A stretch of DNA of 64,000 nt, from assembly GCA_004322365.1 (NCBI GenBank), contig SCTS01000002.1:12993-76992 (forward strand). Reading direction: 5' to 3'. Positions within the stretch are counted from its first letter, which is position 1; each line of letters opens with the position of its first letter. The position numbers were made by a program, and so were the translations under genes. Shown piece by piece: positions 1 to 9,703 of the stretch. The DNA comes from Patescibacteria group bacterium. GTDB taxonomy: Bacteria; Patescibacteriota; Minisyncoccia; Phycocordibacterales; Phycocordibacteraceae. The notes under the pieces were generated by a model. That model ran no database searches. It was not told the origin of the DNA and saw only the letters and a program-made list of their open reading frames with translations.

Positions 1-713
1 AAAAAAGAACCGGCCGTTCCAAATGTATCAAGTGGAGGAAACTTTCCTTTACGAATTTCAATTACCGCCTCGCGTACTTCATGAATAGACGGCGCACCCT
101 GTGCATGTGCAAAATAATTCTTAAGATCACGGTACGAAAGATTCGGATTAGCATCTGTAGTCAAAGCGAAACTAACACGAACAACAATATAACGATCCAC
201 TTCCTTTTTAAAAATACTCGTGCGATATCCAAACTCACACTCAAGAGATGTGAGGGTCCGTATCTTCCCTTGCTTCGTATCATATACATCAACAGCAATA
301 ACTCGCTCTGATAGTGCAGAGCCATATGCTCCAATATTTTGAACAACTCCAGCACCAACGGTACCCGGAATTGATGATAAATTTTCTAACCCCCAAAAAC
401 CTTTTTCGACACTCTCTTCTACGAGCGCATCCCACAACACACCTGCCTCCGCAATACAGATACTGTTTGTACCATTCACCGTAAACGAAACATCGTGCAT
501 AGCAATGTTAAGAAAAACCGCATCTACTCCCGAGTCAGGGACGAGCATATTGGAGCCAGCACCAATAGGAATTAACGGCAACCCTTTTTCTTTTGCAAAT
601 TCGACTGCCTGCGGAATTTCTGCTTCACTCTTCACTGTCACTAAAAATCGTGCAGGCCCTCCAGTATGAAATGTCGTGCGAGTGGACAGTGGGACATTCT
701 CTAAAATTTCCAT
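1..713 (-). CDS. murB: UDP-N-acetylenolpyruvoylglucosamine reductase (MurB), C-terminally truncated by window edge
   Basis: Minus-strand frame from ATG at 711-713 runs off the window start. Translation MEILENVPLSTRTTFHTGGPARF..IPIGAGSNMLV..SSIPGTVGAGVVQNIGAYG matches the MurB FAD-binding domain. Not in the ORF track because no stop lies in the window. Confidence 0.7.
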   Translation of the reverse strand, partial: MEILENVPLSTRTTFHTGGPARFLVTVKSEAEIPQAVEFAKEKGLPLIPIGAGSNMLVPDSGVDAVFLNIAMHDVSFTVNGTNSICIAEAGVLWDALVEESVEKGFWGLENLSSIPGTVGAGVVQNIGAYGSALSERVIAVDVYDTKQGKIRTLTSLECEFGYRTSIFKKEVDRYIVVRVSFALTTDANPNLSYRDLKNYFAHAQGAPSIHEVREAVIEIRKGKFPPLDTFGTAGSF

Positions 714-863
714 ATATAAAAAATGAAATCATCTGCATTCTACGACCGACGGGTGCGAGCTCCAAGCAAAAATCTATGTGAGTGCCTACCGCCGGCCGTA
801 GAGTACAGGCGACTTTATTACTGTACGCCCTCCTTGAAAGAGAGACAACCTTACTCACAGGTA

Positions 864-889
864 CACAAAACCCCGCTTTCGCGGGGACT
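864..889 (-). terminator. Rho-independent terminator-like hairpin (CCCCGC-GAAA-GCGGGG followed by UUUUGU on the minus strand)
   Basis: Perfect 6-bp GC stem with 4-nt loop and a downstream U-run, read on the minus strand. Lies between the ligase-like gene and murB. Confidence 0.4.
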
Positions 890-1078
890 TATGCAGATTT
901 TCGTAGAGCTAGCAAAAACTAGCACTCACTTTTCATATGATAGCATTTTCGTGCTTCTTTTTCAAGTTCCCCTCCTCCTTCTTCCATGATCCCTACGGAT
1001 CCGATGAAGCTGGTCCCTTCGGACACGACGAAACGTCGCCTATCCCCTAACCACTAACCACTAAACGCTATCCACTAA

Positions 1079-3439
1079 CTAAGGAGTTCGCCCTGCCGCA
1101 ATCTCCTGTATGTAGTATTCACCTTGAGCTTTGAATGTAGCATCAATGGCAATCGCCTCCTGTAGAGCCTGAATCGCGTTTAATCTATCGCCTGCCTGCA
1201 TATACGCAGCTGCAAGCTGAACGCGTGCCTTTACATCCTTTGGTGCTTTATCAGCGCGTGCCTTCGCTATCAAAAGACCGTTCGCATAATCTCGTACATC
1301 AAAATACGCCTGCAGAATATTGTCATCGTCAGGCGTTGCTGTTCCAAAACGCTCCGTAAGAAGTTCGCGAGCAAGAGTCATGTTGCCACTCCTAATTAGG
1401 GCCGATGCATAGAAAGTGCGTGCAGTATCGTATGAAGGCTCTAGCTCATACGCTTGGCGAAATAAATCTAACCCGGTCTTCATATCTCCTCGAGCTATCT
1501 GTAAACTTCCAAGCTGAAAGAGTATTTGTTGTTTTTTGGGAGACAGTGTTAATGCTGTTGTAAGTTCTCTGAGAGCCTCGTCATTCTTTCCTATCTGCTG
1601 AAAAAACGAACCAAGAAAAACACGGAGCCTTGCATCGTTAGGGTTTAGTGCAATTTCTTCTGACATCTTTTCTAACGCATACGCTGTTGCGCCCTCTCGA
1701 AATGCAGTGTCTCCAATAGAAGAGTTCTTTGCCTGAATAGCAAATTGAACAATTTGCTCACGTACCTCTTGCCTGCCTAATCCTGTTGTCTCTCCCGCAC
1801 TCTTGAGGTAACGCACATTTTCAGCAAGTCCTGCGGTGTGAGGCTTTAATGCTTCAATGAGATTCGTTGCCGTCGCAAGTCCAGGAACATTGGCAAAATA
1901 AAATACAGCAACCATTCCTCCAACAATTATAGGAGCGCCGAATGCAAATAACCCTGATGGAACACTTTTACCCCAGAGAGTAATCAAGGCATTTGTTGAT
2001 TTTTCGTTTGACGTAGTAGTATCCGCCACATCTTCTCTACGGTGAGCAATGTACGCAAGGATGGTGAAGAAGAAGATATAGCTAACGAGATTGTCGAACA
2101 CAAACAAATCATGAAAGGCATATGCAGCAAGAAGGCCGGTCAATATTCCTCTCTCTACTATCTGAAAAGAAGATTTTGGTCGCCACAAATACCACAAAGC
2201 GAGTCCGAACAAAGAAATCCAGAGAGTAAAACCGAACACTCCACCAGCCACCAGCCAGTCAAGGTATTCATTGTGAGCACGGTCAAACCACGACTCCTGC
2301 GCATACATTGATGGAGCGTACTGTTTGTTAAAAATGTAGTTAAAGTTTTCTTGCCCCCAACCTAAGAGTGGTCTTTCAGCAACACCTTTAAGGGCCATGT
2401 TCCAAATAGCAAAACGAGCTGCACCATCAGAAATAGAGATGTTGGTAATTCGAGACAATACGCCGTTATTTTGCACAAACGAAGTGTCACGGATAGCGTA
2501 AAAGCCCCCCGCAATAACAACAAGAGTAATAATGCCTGCAATGCCTACTTTTTTTAACTTAGGTGCAGTTTTCCCAAAGAAAATAAAAATAGCCGAAGCA
2601 ACGAGAATGCCTCCAATAAGCCCAAGAATAGTTCCTCGAGTTCCCGCATAGAAAATCATGGTGAACTGTAATGCAATCGCTAGAGCATAAAACCACTGTC
2701 GTTTAACGAACAAGCTACCAATGCCAAGAGTGAAAAATAGTATAAAAATAAACCATCCTAAAGGCGGTAGTGAGGTGTCTGGAGGCAAGCTCGCAATTAG
2801 CCATAGTGTCGCACCGATGATCCCAAAGACACCAACAACTTTTTCTCCCGTTCTGAAGTATTCATGTCGGTGATGAAGGAAAAGCAATCCTACAATAAAA
2901 AGATTAAAAAGCATGTACACAGCCAGGTAGGTTGCGTTGCCAAATGTCCCATCAACACGCGAACCTCCTTGATTGATGGTAAATACACCAGCAAGCTGAA
3001 GCACACCATAGACCCCCACGGCAATAGAAACTGCGAGACTCGTTTCAAAAAGCATCTTCCACCATTTCGCTTCGCGGAGTGTTGACCACACAACGACAAA
3101 AAATGCGTAGAGGTGAATCAAACCAATCCATCCTTCCATGCGTTCAAAATTTGACCAGAAGCTCTTATGGGGATTCGCACCAAATATGTCAGCAATACCT
3201 ATGACTGCAACAAAAGCCGTGAGTGCGAAAAAGAGTAGAGATGCACGAGGTCGAACGGATACGTCCCGAAGTGCAAGAATAAGCCAAAGAGTAAATACAA
3301 TTTCAACCAAAATGCGAAAGGCAAAATTCTTACCCGTAATGAACGGGAAAAAGAGTGGCGTCGCCACAATAGTGGGAGTAAAGAATACCGCAAGAACCCC
3401 AATGACTATCCCCCATCGCAACCATGAGTCTAATTTCAT
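1079..3439 (-). CDS. O-antigen ligase / Wzy_C-family polytopic membrane protein with C-terminal TPR repeats (possible O-oligosaccharyltransferase or polymerase)
   Basis: 786 aa. N-terminal ~450 aa has many TM helices typical of WaaL/Wzy_C-type proteins. C-terminal ~300 aa has TPR-like repeats (AYxxLG..G....A...F..A.ELDP pattern). Confidence 0.55.
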   Translation of the reverse strand: MKLDSWLRWGIVIGVLAVFFTPTIVATPLFFPFITGKNFAFRILVEIVFTLWLILALRDVSVRPRASLLFFALTAFVAVIGIADIFGANPHKSFWSNFERMEGWIGLIHLYAFFVVVWSTLREAKWWKMLFETSLAVSIAVGVYGVLQLAGVFTINQGGSRVDGTFGNATYLAVYMLFNLFIVGLLFLHHRHEYFRTGEKVVGVFGIIGATLWLIASLPPDTSLPPLGWFIFILFFTLGIGSLFVKRQWFYALAIALQFTMIFYAGTRGTILGLIGGILVASAIFIFFGKTAPKLKKVGIAGIITLVVIAGGFYAIRDTSFVQNNGVLSRITNISISDGAARFAIWNMALKGVAERPLLGWGQENFNYIFNKQYAPSMYAQESWFDRAHNEYLDWLVAGGVFGFTLWISLFGLALWYLWRPKSSFQIVERGILTGLLAAYAFHDLFVFDNLVSYIFFFTILAYIAHRREDVADTTTSNEKSTNALITLWGKSVPSGLFAFGAPIIVGGMVAVFYFANVPGLATATNLIEALKPHTAGLAENVRYLKSAGETTGLGRQEVREQIVQFAIQAKNSSIGDTAFREGATAYALEKMSEEIALNPNDARLRVFLGSFFQQIGKNDEALRELTTALTLSPKKQQILFQLGSLQIARGDMKTGLDLFRQAYELEPSYDTARTFYASALIRSGNMTLARELLTERFGTATPDDDNILQAYFDVRDYANGLLIAKARADKAPKDVKARVQLAAAYMQAGDRLNAIQALQEAIAIDATFKAQGEYYIQEIAAGRTP

Positions 3440-3636
3440 CCCGTTAGAAATAGGGCGCGAACGCCTGTGCGCCCCCGCCTATTTGAGCTATGTATGTAAT
3501 ATTCGACTGTGACATGGTGAGATTCATTGACATGCGTCCGCGATTTCTAACGGGATTCATGCTGATTACTATACCATTTCTCTATCCGCATCCTGCAACT
3601 CTTCCGTGAGCCCTTGTATGAGAATAGCCAGTGCTA

Positions 3637-5253
3637 TCAGGGGTTCACGCTACAATCCCGTGCTTCGTAGATGTATATATCTTTTCCTAGTTGTTGTATC
3701 TGGTAAAAAGACGGCATAAGCATTCTGCCGAGGTTTATATCAATATCAAACACATCAGCCACCCCATTACCAAAATGTGCGAGTGGCGTGCAATTCACCA
3801 CTTCTCGCTCAACAATAATAAGATCAGCGGCCGGCACATCGGTATGCGCTAACAAATCGGAATCGTTCGTAACAACGAGTGGCCGAAACGAAATATCGCT
3901 CGAGAGCGCTTGTGTATGTTGGCACGCGGAGCCACACGATGATGGTGCATACAAAGCGTACGAAACTTTGTTCATTGGGAGCGTAAACTCAAAAATATTT
4001 TCATCAATACGAATCTCCGTATCTCCGTAACGCTCTACTATATAGTCGTACGCCACATTGTAGGTCGTAGGTATGGAGAGCAATACTATCGTATACACAT
4101 ACACAGCGAGCCCTACAACAAAAAAGACGCGCGACACCAATCGCAAAGGTGGTTTGAATGAGGCGAGGAGAAAGAGTAGAAAGAAGCCGACAGGAGCGAT
4201 GTGTCGAACATTGAGCGCAAGTCCGTGGTCGGCCCGGAACACAACCGAAACCGCAATAATATAAAGTGCGCTATACAAAAGGGCGAGGAAGAAGAGCGCT
4301 TTGTTGCGTATGCCGGCATACACAGCTGGTATGAGCGCCAAAAGAAGCAAGGGAAACGATTCAACGGCTTGACGCACATTAACTATGAGCGACTCAAACA
4401 CCGTAAGCGACGTCTGCACACTTGCACCTGCAGAATTAGACACGAAAAATTGCATCACAAATCCGGAAGCCTGCTCAACAACATTTCCCGCATTCAGTGC
4501 AAAGAACCCCAAGAACACCACCATGCCAACTGCAATCATCACTATAAGTCGCTTGAAGACTGCGGGTGTACGCCAAAATACGAAAAGAAGTATCGGAATA
4601 TTAATGAGAAAGAGGCCGGCAAAAAGGAAATTAGACGCTGCCAGAAATGCCGTCATTATTGAAGTGAATGACATCCATCCCAATTGACCACGCTCTCGAT
4701 CTTCCGTTATTGCACGGTACAGATAGATAAAAGAAACAACAATGAGAAGAATCGAGAGCATCCACATTTTGCCTGAGCGCACAAGAAGCGTGGTAAGCAC
4801 ACTGCCGAAGGTAAGCATGAGGAGTGCGAGTCGCCACTCCACACCTTGAATGTGCGCTTTCAGAAATCGGTACACTAGTATCAAGAGCGCCACCGATGTG
4901 AGCGCAGAGACAATGCGCGGTACGATGAGACTATACGAAGGATTCTGAATAAGCGCAGTTTTCAAAGCCACGATGTCGAAACCGAAAAACGGAATACTGC
5001 CAGCAAGTGCGACCACCATGGCGACATAATTCTGATAAAACGAGAGTGTGCCGTACGCGACACCGTAGCCTGGTAGAAGCGTGTGCGCTTCAATGGCACG
5101 GAGCACTCCACCGCCAAATGCCCACACATCGGTGATAGTGTTCACCATAGGGAACGCGTACCATACGCCAACAAAAAAACTTGCGCCAAAAATCATAATC
5201 ACCCACTGTTCCAGCGTCATGGCACGGAGGATGCTTCGCATTCTATTCAACAT
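3637..5253 (-). CDS. Polytopic membrane protein, probable GT-C superfamily glycosyltransferase (ArnT/PMT-like)
   Basis: About 12 predicted TM segments and a C-terminal soluble domain. Start set at the internal Met (MLNRMRSILRAMTLEQW), because the longer ORF would overlap the divergent gtrA promoter region and the REP-like repeat. Confidence 0.4.
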   Translation of the reverse strand: MLNRMRSILRAMTLEQWVIMIFGASFFVGVWYAFPMVNTITDVWAFGGGVLRAIEAHTLLPGYGVAYGTLSFYQNYVAMVVALAGSIPFFGFDIVALKTALIQNPSYSLIVPRIVSALTSVALLILVYRFLKAHIQGVEWRLALLMLTFGSVLTTLLVRSGKMWMLSILLIVVSFIYLYRAITEDRERGQLGWMSFTSIMTAFLAASNFLFAGLFLINIPILLFVFWRTPAVFKRLIVMIAVGMVVFLGFFALNAGNVVEQASGFVMQFFVSNSAGASVQTSLTVFESLIVNVRQAVESFPLLLLALIPAVYAGIRNKALFFLALLYSALYIIAVSVVFRADHGLALNVRHIAPVGFFLLFLLASFKPPLRLVSRVFFVVGLAVYVYTIVLLSIPTTYNVAYDYIVERYGDTEIRIDENIFEFTLPMNKVSYALYAPSSCGSACQHTQALSSDISFRPLVVTNDSDLLAHTDVPAADLIIVEREVVNCTPLAHFGNGVADVFDIDINLGRMLMPSFYQIQQLGKDIYIYEARDCSVNP

Positions 5254-5267
5254 AACGATACGAGAAA

Positions 5268-5381
5268 GTATACCCCCACACCAATTCTTTTGAAATTTCA
5301 CCATATTCAAAAAATATCTACCGAGAGAAAAATTCTTTCTTACTATAGGAAATACTGTGTGGAATTGGTGTGGGGGTATAC
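5268..5381. repeat. Perfect 20-bp inverted repeat pair GTATACCCCCACACCAATTC (5268-5287 and 5362-5381) in a divergent intergenic region
   Basis: Read directly: copy b is the exact reverse complement of copy a, spacer about 74 bp. Related single copies occur at 19818, 21925 and 34296. Confidence 0.8.
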
Positions 5382-5459
5382 CGCCAAACGGAGAGTGTGG
5401 CTGGACGAGCACGATGTATACTACTAGCGATGACTTGGCTGATTGCACTTCATACGCGA

Positions 5460-5879
5460 ATGGAAACATTGCTCGGAGTGCGTCTATATCGCATAGTTCG
5501 CTACCTCATGTCGGGAGGTATTGCTATGGCGAGCAACCTCGGCGTACTGTTTCTCCTCGTACATTTCATTAATGTGTATTATTTGTACGCATCAGTTATT
5601 TCATTCATCATGTCGGCCGCCGTTTCTTTCACGATGCAGAAATTTTGGACCTTTCAGGATCGACCGATGCACGATGTACAGAAGCAATTCACACGCTACA
5701 TCGTTGTCCTTATTGCCAATCTTCTGTTCAACACTCTCCTTATGTACCTATTCGTAGAAAAAATCGGCATGTGGTATTTGTTTGCACAACTCCTTGCAAC
5801 GATGATCGTTGCAGTAAGCGGCTACTTCGGATATCGACATTTTGTATTCCGTGATCGCTCGCCCACAACAAAGACATGA
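5460..5879 (+). CDS. GtrA-family membrane protein (polyprenyl-phosphate-sugar flippase-like)
   Basis: About 140 aa with 4 TM helices; LVRYLMSGGIAMASNLGVLFLL and C-terminal YxxHRxxVF pattern typical of the GtrA family. Stop overlaps the start of the next GT-C gene (ATGA). Start could also be 5430. Confidence 0.55.
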   Translation: METLLGVRLYRIVRYLMSGGIAMASNLGVLFLLVHFINVYYLYASVISFIMSAAVSFTMQKFWTFQDRPMHDVQKQFTRYIVVLIANLLFNTLLMYLFVEKIGMWYLFAQLLATMIVAVSGYFGYRHFVFRDRSPTTKT

Positions 5880-7156
5880 TGTTCCTACGAACATACCGCG
5901 CTGAAATCATAGTAGGACTTTTGGCACTTGCGGCACATCTCGCATGCTTTGCGTTTGTACTCCATGCAAATGACGGGAGCGTACTAAACACCGTTCGGGG
6001 CGACGACGGATACTTTGAACTTGCCAAAAATGTCCTTGCGGGCAACGGATTTTCCTGGGGAGCGTCCGCACCATACGCGCCCAATCCCCTACGCACACCA
6101 GGGTTTGTGTATGCGCTTTCCGGACTCCTCGGCATCTTTGGTGTAACAGGAGCCGCGCTCATACAACTCGCTCTAGCTTCTGCTATACCAATCTTTGGCA
6201 TGTGGATTGCAAGACGCATTAGTGCTTCACAGAAAATTGGCTATCTCGCTGGAGCCATTCTCGCCCTTGATCCAACACTCGCACTGCTCTCCTTCCAGTT
6301 TTATACCGAGACACTGTTTCTACTTCTTTTCCTACCCTGGCTTCTACTCACATTCCGCTATCTTGAAAAACGAGATTGGATAACACTCGCCCTCAGCGCC
6401 GCTATCCTCGGAAGCGCGATACTTGTTAAGACAAGCGCGCAGTATATTCCACTTATCTTCATCCCATTCATCCTCTGGCACTTCGGCAAAAAAGATTGGC
6501 AACGCGGTATCGCACATGCAAGCCTGTATCTTCTTATTATCGGTGCGATACTCACGCCGTGGATCTTACGGAATGCCTATACCTTTGGTGTACCCGGCTT
6601 GAGCGCACAAACGCCGTTCGTTCTCTATACCAACCTCGCCCCCGCCGTCTTGAGCGTAGCGAAAGGAAGTGACTTTCTTCAAGAAAGAGAAATGTTTATG
6701 ACGCCCGCCGAGTACAAAGGTGATGTCATTACCCTTGCGAACGAGAGCGACTACCGGAAGCGTGCACTCGATATCGCACTCGCACATCCCGTCGCAACGC
6801 TCTATGTCGCTGGCAAGTCCCTTGTTACTTTCTTCACCAACGATGGGTTCTATACACTCCTCGTGCGTGGAGGCTATAACCCGCACGAATTTTTACCACT
6901 CATTATTGTGGCGCGACTTCTATGGGTAGCAATAACACTCGCCGCATTCGTTGGCGCACTGGTCTACCTTCTGAGGCAACGTTCACAACTCGCAATTCTC
7001 ATTATCCTTCTTATTGCTTATTTTGCACTCACCAGTACCATCGCTGCATTCGGCACCAACCCTCGCTATCGACTCCCCGTTGACCCAATCATCATTGCGT
7101 TTGCGAGCGTCGGCTACATGTATCTCACAACACTACTACGACGACGCACACACTAG
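5876..7156 (+). CDS. GT-C superfamily membrane glycosyltransferase (ArnT / PMT_2-like, 4-amino-arabinose/mannosyltransferase-type)
   Basis: 426 aa, about 11 TM segments, N-terminal extracytoplasmic loop with D-x-D/DDGYF-like motif. Translationally coupled to gtrA. Confidence 0.5.
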   Translation: MMFLRTYRAEIIVGLLALAAHLACFAFVLHANDGSVLNTVRGDDGYFELAKNVLAGNGFSWGASAPYAPNPLRTPGFVYALSGLLGIFGVTGAALIQLALASAIPIFGMWIARRISASQKIGYLAGAILALDPTLALLSFQFYTETLFLLLFLPWLLLTFRYLEKRDWITLALSAAILGSAILVKTSAQYIPLIFIPFILWHFGKKDWQRGIAHASLYLLIIGAILTPWILRNAYTFGVPGLSAQTPFVLYTNLAPAVLSVAKGSDFLQEREMFMTPAEYKGDVITLANESDYRKRALDIALAHPVATLYVAGKSLVTFFTNDGFYTLLVRGGYNPHEFLPLIIVARLLWVAITLAAFVGALVYLLRQRSQLAILIILLIAYFALTSTIAAFGTNPRYRLPVDPIIIAFASVGYMYLTTLLRRRTH

Positions 7157-7180
7157 CTGAAGCAACACGCAACCGTTACT

Positions 7181-8458
7181 ATGGACAACATGTTTCAAGG
7201 ATTGAAAAAGCGGTTTATGCAATTTCTGCTTTGGAGTCAGAAATACACCAAGACCGATATGCTCTACCTAGCTCACGGTGGCTTGTGGCTTACGCTCGGA
7301 CAAGGTGTATCGTCGCTATCCACTCTCGCTCTTGCTGTAGCGTTTGCTAACCTAGTCCCACCTGAAACATACGGTACTTATAAGTATCTTCTTTCTATTG
7401 CAGGAGTGTTCGCTATATTTACCCTTCCAGGAATGAATACCGCACTTGCGCGTGCTGTGGCGCAAGGACACGAGGGACTTATCCATTCCGTTACACGATC
7501 GCGCGTGATGCATTCTTTTCTTGGAAGCATTGTGGCGCTTGCCGGCAGTAGCTATTACTTTCTAAACAACAATCTTGAACTTTCGCTCGCCCTTCTCATC
7601 ATCGCTGCCACACTCCCTGTGTTTGATACTGCAAACGGTTACCTTTCATACCTACTTGGTAAACGCCGTTTTGATTTGCAAACAACCTATCACATGCTCA
7701 CACAGATAATAAGTATCAGCATACTCATTGTCACCATTTTCTTCACACATAACATCGTTCTTATTCTTCTCGCATACTTCGTGCCACTTATTCTGGTTCG
7801 AGGATTTCTATACTTCCACATCACGCGTACCATTTCAAAAAACGAAGCAGGGGTGGATACAATAAAAGAAACGCACACCTACGGCAAACATCTTACGGCA
7901 ATGCAGATTTTGGGAGCTATATCAGGAAATATCGATAAAATATTGCTCTGGAAATTCCTCGGACCTGCGCAACTCGCCGTGTATGCATTCGCTGTTGCAA
8001 TACCTGAACAAATCTATGGGCCGCTCAAAGGTATGAGTAATATCATGCTCCCGAAGTACGCCGTGCATGCTTCCACAGAGACGCGCCGTCCACCGCAAAA
8101 TTTTTGGTATAAATTTTTACTCTACACTTCCTTGCTTGGAATCATATCGCTTGTCTATATTGCGGTCGCACCGCTTCTCTTCCATACTCTATTTCCATCT
8201 TATACAGAAAGTATATTTTTTTCTCAAATCTTAGCACTCTCCCTTTTTACCGGAGCGCAAACAATGCCAGCCACACTGCTCACCGCGCAAAAACGCGCAA
8301 AAACACAGTATGTGTTGACCATAGTTCGATCAGCGACACAGTTAATGATGTTTATAGTCCTCATACCTATGTTCGGGATTATGGGTGCAATTGTTGCCAC
8401 AATCATCACAAATGTAGTTGGTGTAGTTAGCACGATTATTGCGATAATGATAAAGTAG
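7181..8458 (+). CDS. Wzx-type oligosaccharide flippase (MOP/polysaccharide biosynthesis protein family)
   Basis: 425 aa, 12-14 TM helices, architecture and size typical of Wzx/RfbX. Confidence 0.55.
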   Translation: MDNMFQGLKKRFMQFLLWSQKYTKTDMLYLAHGGLWLTLGQGVSSLSTLALAVAFANLVPPETYGTYKYLLSIAGVFAIFTLPGMNTALARAVAQGHEGLIHSVTRSRVMHSFLGSIVALAGSSYYFLNNNLELSLALLIIAATLPVFDTANGYLSYLLGKRRFDLQTTYHMLTQIISISILIVTIFFTHNIVLILLAYFVPLILVRGFLYFHITRTISKNEAGVDTIKETHTYGKHLTAMQILGAISGNIDKILLWKFLGPAQLAVYAFAVAIPEQIYGPLKGMSNIMLPKYAVHASTETRRPPQNFWYKFLLYTSLLGIISLVYIAVAPLLFHTLFPSYTESIFFSQILALSLFTGAQTMPATLLTAQKRAKTQYVLTIVRSATQLMMFIVLIPMFGIMGAIVATIITNVVGVVSTIIAIMIK

Positions 8459-8520
8459 CACTATGAGTGTGCGAAATTAACTCTACGCACAGCGGCTAAG
8501 ATGTAACAAATGACGTGCGC

Positions 8521-9144
8521 CTATTTTTTTGCAACAATATACACATTGGTATAAAGATCAGGATGTTTAAAATATCCTTTTCTGTCGAAGTATTTTAGAA
8601 TCCCGAAAATTCTTGTAAAAAAAGCGCTACGCAATCTACTGTAGCCTGCAGTATAGTGATCGAGATACATGCGCCTCAACATCGCCGAGATAACTGACAA
8701 TGTGCTTCCTTGTGATCCAAGTTCAATCGTTGTAAAACCTGCTCGTTCAAAATAGAATCGAGCGGCTTCCTTAGTAAAGCGATGATAATCCGAAGGGTCT
8801 CCGTGTTGAGGAAATAAAAATGGCATCGTTACTATGGCATGCCCTCCTTTCTTCAATATCCGATACATTTCTCCCACCGTTGCTGAAGTATCGTCAATGT
8901 GTTCCAAAACTTGAAATGAAAGAACGGTGTCGAAACTCCCCTCAGAAAAAGACATCTTCCTGGCATCCTCTTTGAAGTCTACCTCAACCCCAGTCTCATA
9001 TAAGTCAGCAACCAGATAATCTGAAACACTTTTCTTTATTATTTCACGATATTTTGAAGTACCTCCTCCTATATCAAGAGTTCTCCCATTAGCATATTTA
9101 GGTACTAGAGCCTTTACAACCTCGCGGGTATCAATAAATTCCAT
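8521..9144 (-). CDS. Class I SAM-dependent methyltransferase (Methyltransf_11-like)
   Basis: Motif I LDIGGGT; motif post-I and LKKGG. Paralog of 12646-13293 (same motif order, roughly 35% identity by eye). Confidence 0.65.
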   Translation of the reverse strand: MEFIDTREVVKALVPKYANGRTLDIGGGTSKYREIIKKSVSDYLVADLYETGVEVDFKEDARKMSFSEGSFDTVLSFQVLEHIDDTSATVGEMYRILKKGGHAIVTMPFLFPQHGDPSDYHRFTKEAARFYFERAGFTTIELGSQGSTLSVISAMLRRMYLDHYTAGYSRLRSAFFTRIFGILKYFDRKGYFKHPDLYTNVYIVAKK

Positions 9145-9242
9145 ATGATGGGATTATTTATTAGAATAGCATACCGGCATACCAAGACAGATTGCCCCTC
9201 GTGTTTTGCCCTGTTACGATGTAGCGTGTACACGACTTAGTT

Positions 9243-9668
9243 ATGAAAATCAAAAAGATAACACCTCAGTCAAACCTAGATACCGTTCGCGATGAACGCG
9301 GTGGCATATTCACCTTCTACCCTGAAAAGCCAATTGTGGAATTCAATTTCCAATTCATTAACAAAGGCAAGGTACGCGGTAATCATTCCCATCCCGAGTT
9401 TGATGAGTACTATCTCATAACCGACGGCAACGGAGTTTTGGTCTCGAAAGATGAGAACGGCAAAGAAGAGTTCCTGTATGTCGGAAAAGGTGACTGTACA
9501 TTTACTCCAGAGGGCGTCACACATGTCCTCTATGCCATTACCGACATGAACATGGTCACATTCCTTACAAAAAAATGGGACGACTGCAAAGTGCCTATCG
9601 TCCACGAAAATCTAGGCATGGGTACCGGCGACCACGGCGATCCCAACTACAAACCGCCGACTCTCTAG
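9243..9668 (+). CDS. Cupin-fold protein, FdtA/QdtA/WxcM-like NDP-4-keto-6-deoxyhexose 3,4-ketoisomerase candidate
   Basis: 141 aa; RGNHSH motif resembling the RGxHAH catalytic His pair of the FdtA family; size matches FdtA (about 139 aa). Confidence 0.4.
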   Translation: MKIKKITPQSNLDTVRDERGGIFTFYPEKPIVEFNFQFINKGKVRGNHSHPEFDEYYLITDGNGVLVSKDENGKEEFLYVGKGDCTFTPEGVTHVLYAITDMNMVTFLTKKWDDCKVPIVHENLGMGTGDHGDPNYKPPTL

Positions 9669-9703
9669 GTCGGCGCTTGTCGTCCCATCTTTCTGATGAT
9701 GGT

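Noticed and set aside
961-1040. 20-codon minus-strand mini-ORF (MEEGGGELEKEARKCYHMKSEC) between the ligase gene and murB
   Set aside because: Too short, no RBS-like signal. It sits in a region better explained as three small hairpins followed by a terminator upstream of murB.
5370-5469. Longer alternative starts for gtrA (5370) and for the minus-strand GT-C gene (5469)
   Set aside because: Both extensions would overlap each other and run through the REP-like inverted repeat pair. Internal Met starts give conventional protein lengths and leave a normal divergent promoter region.
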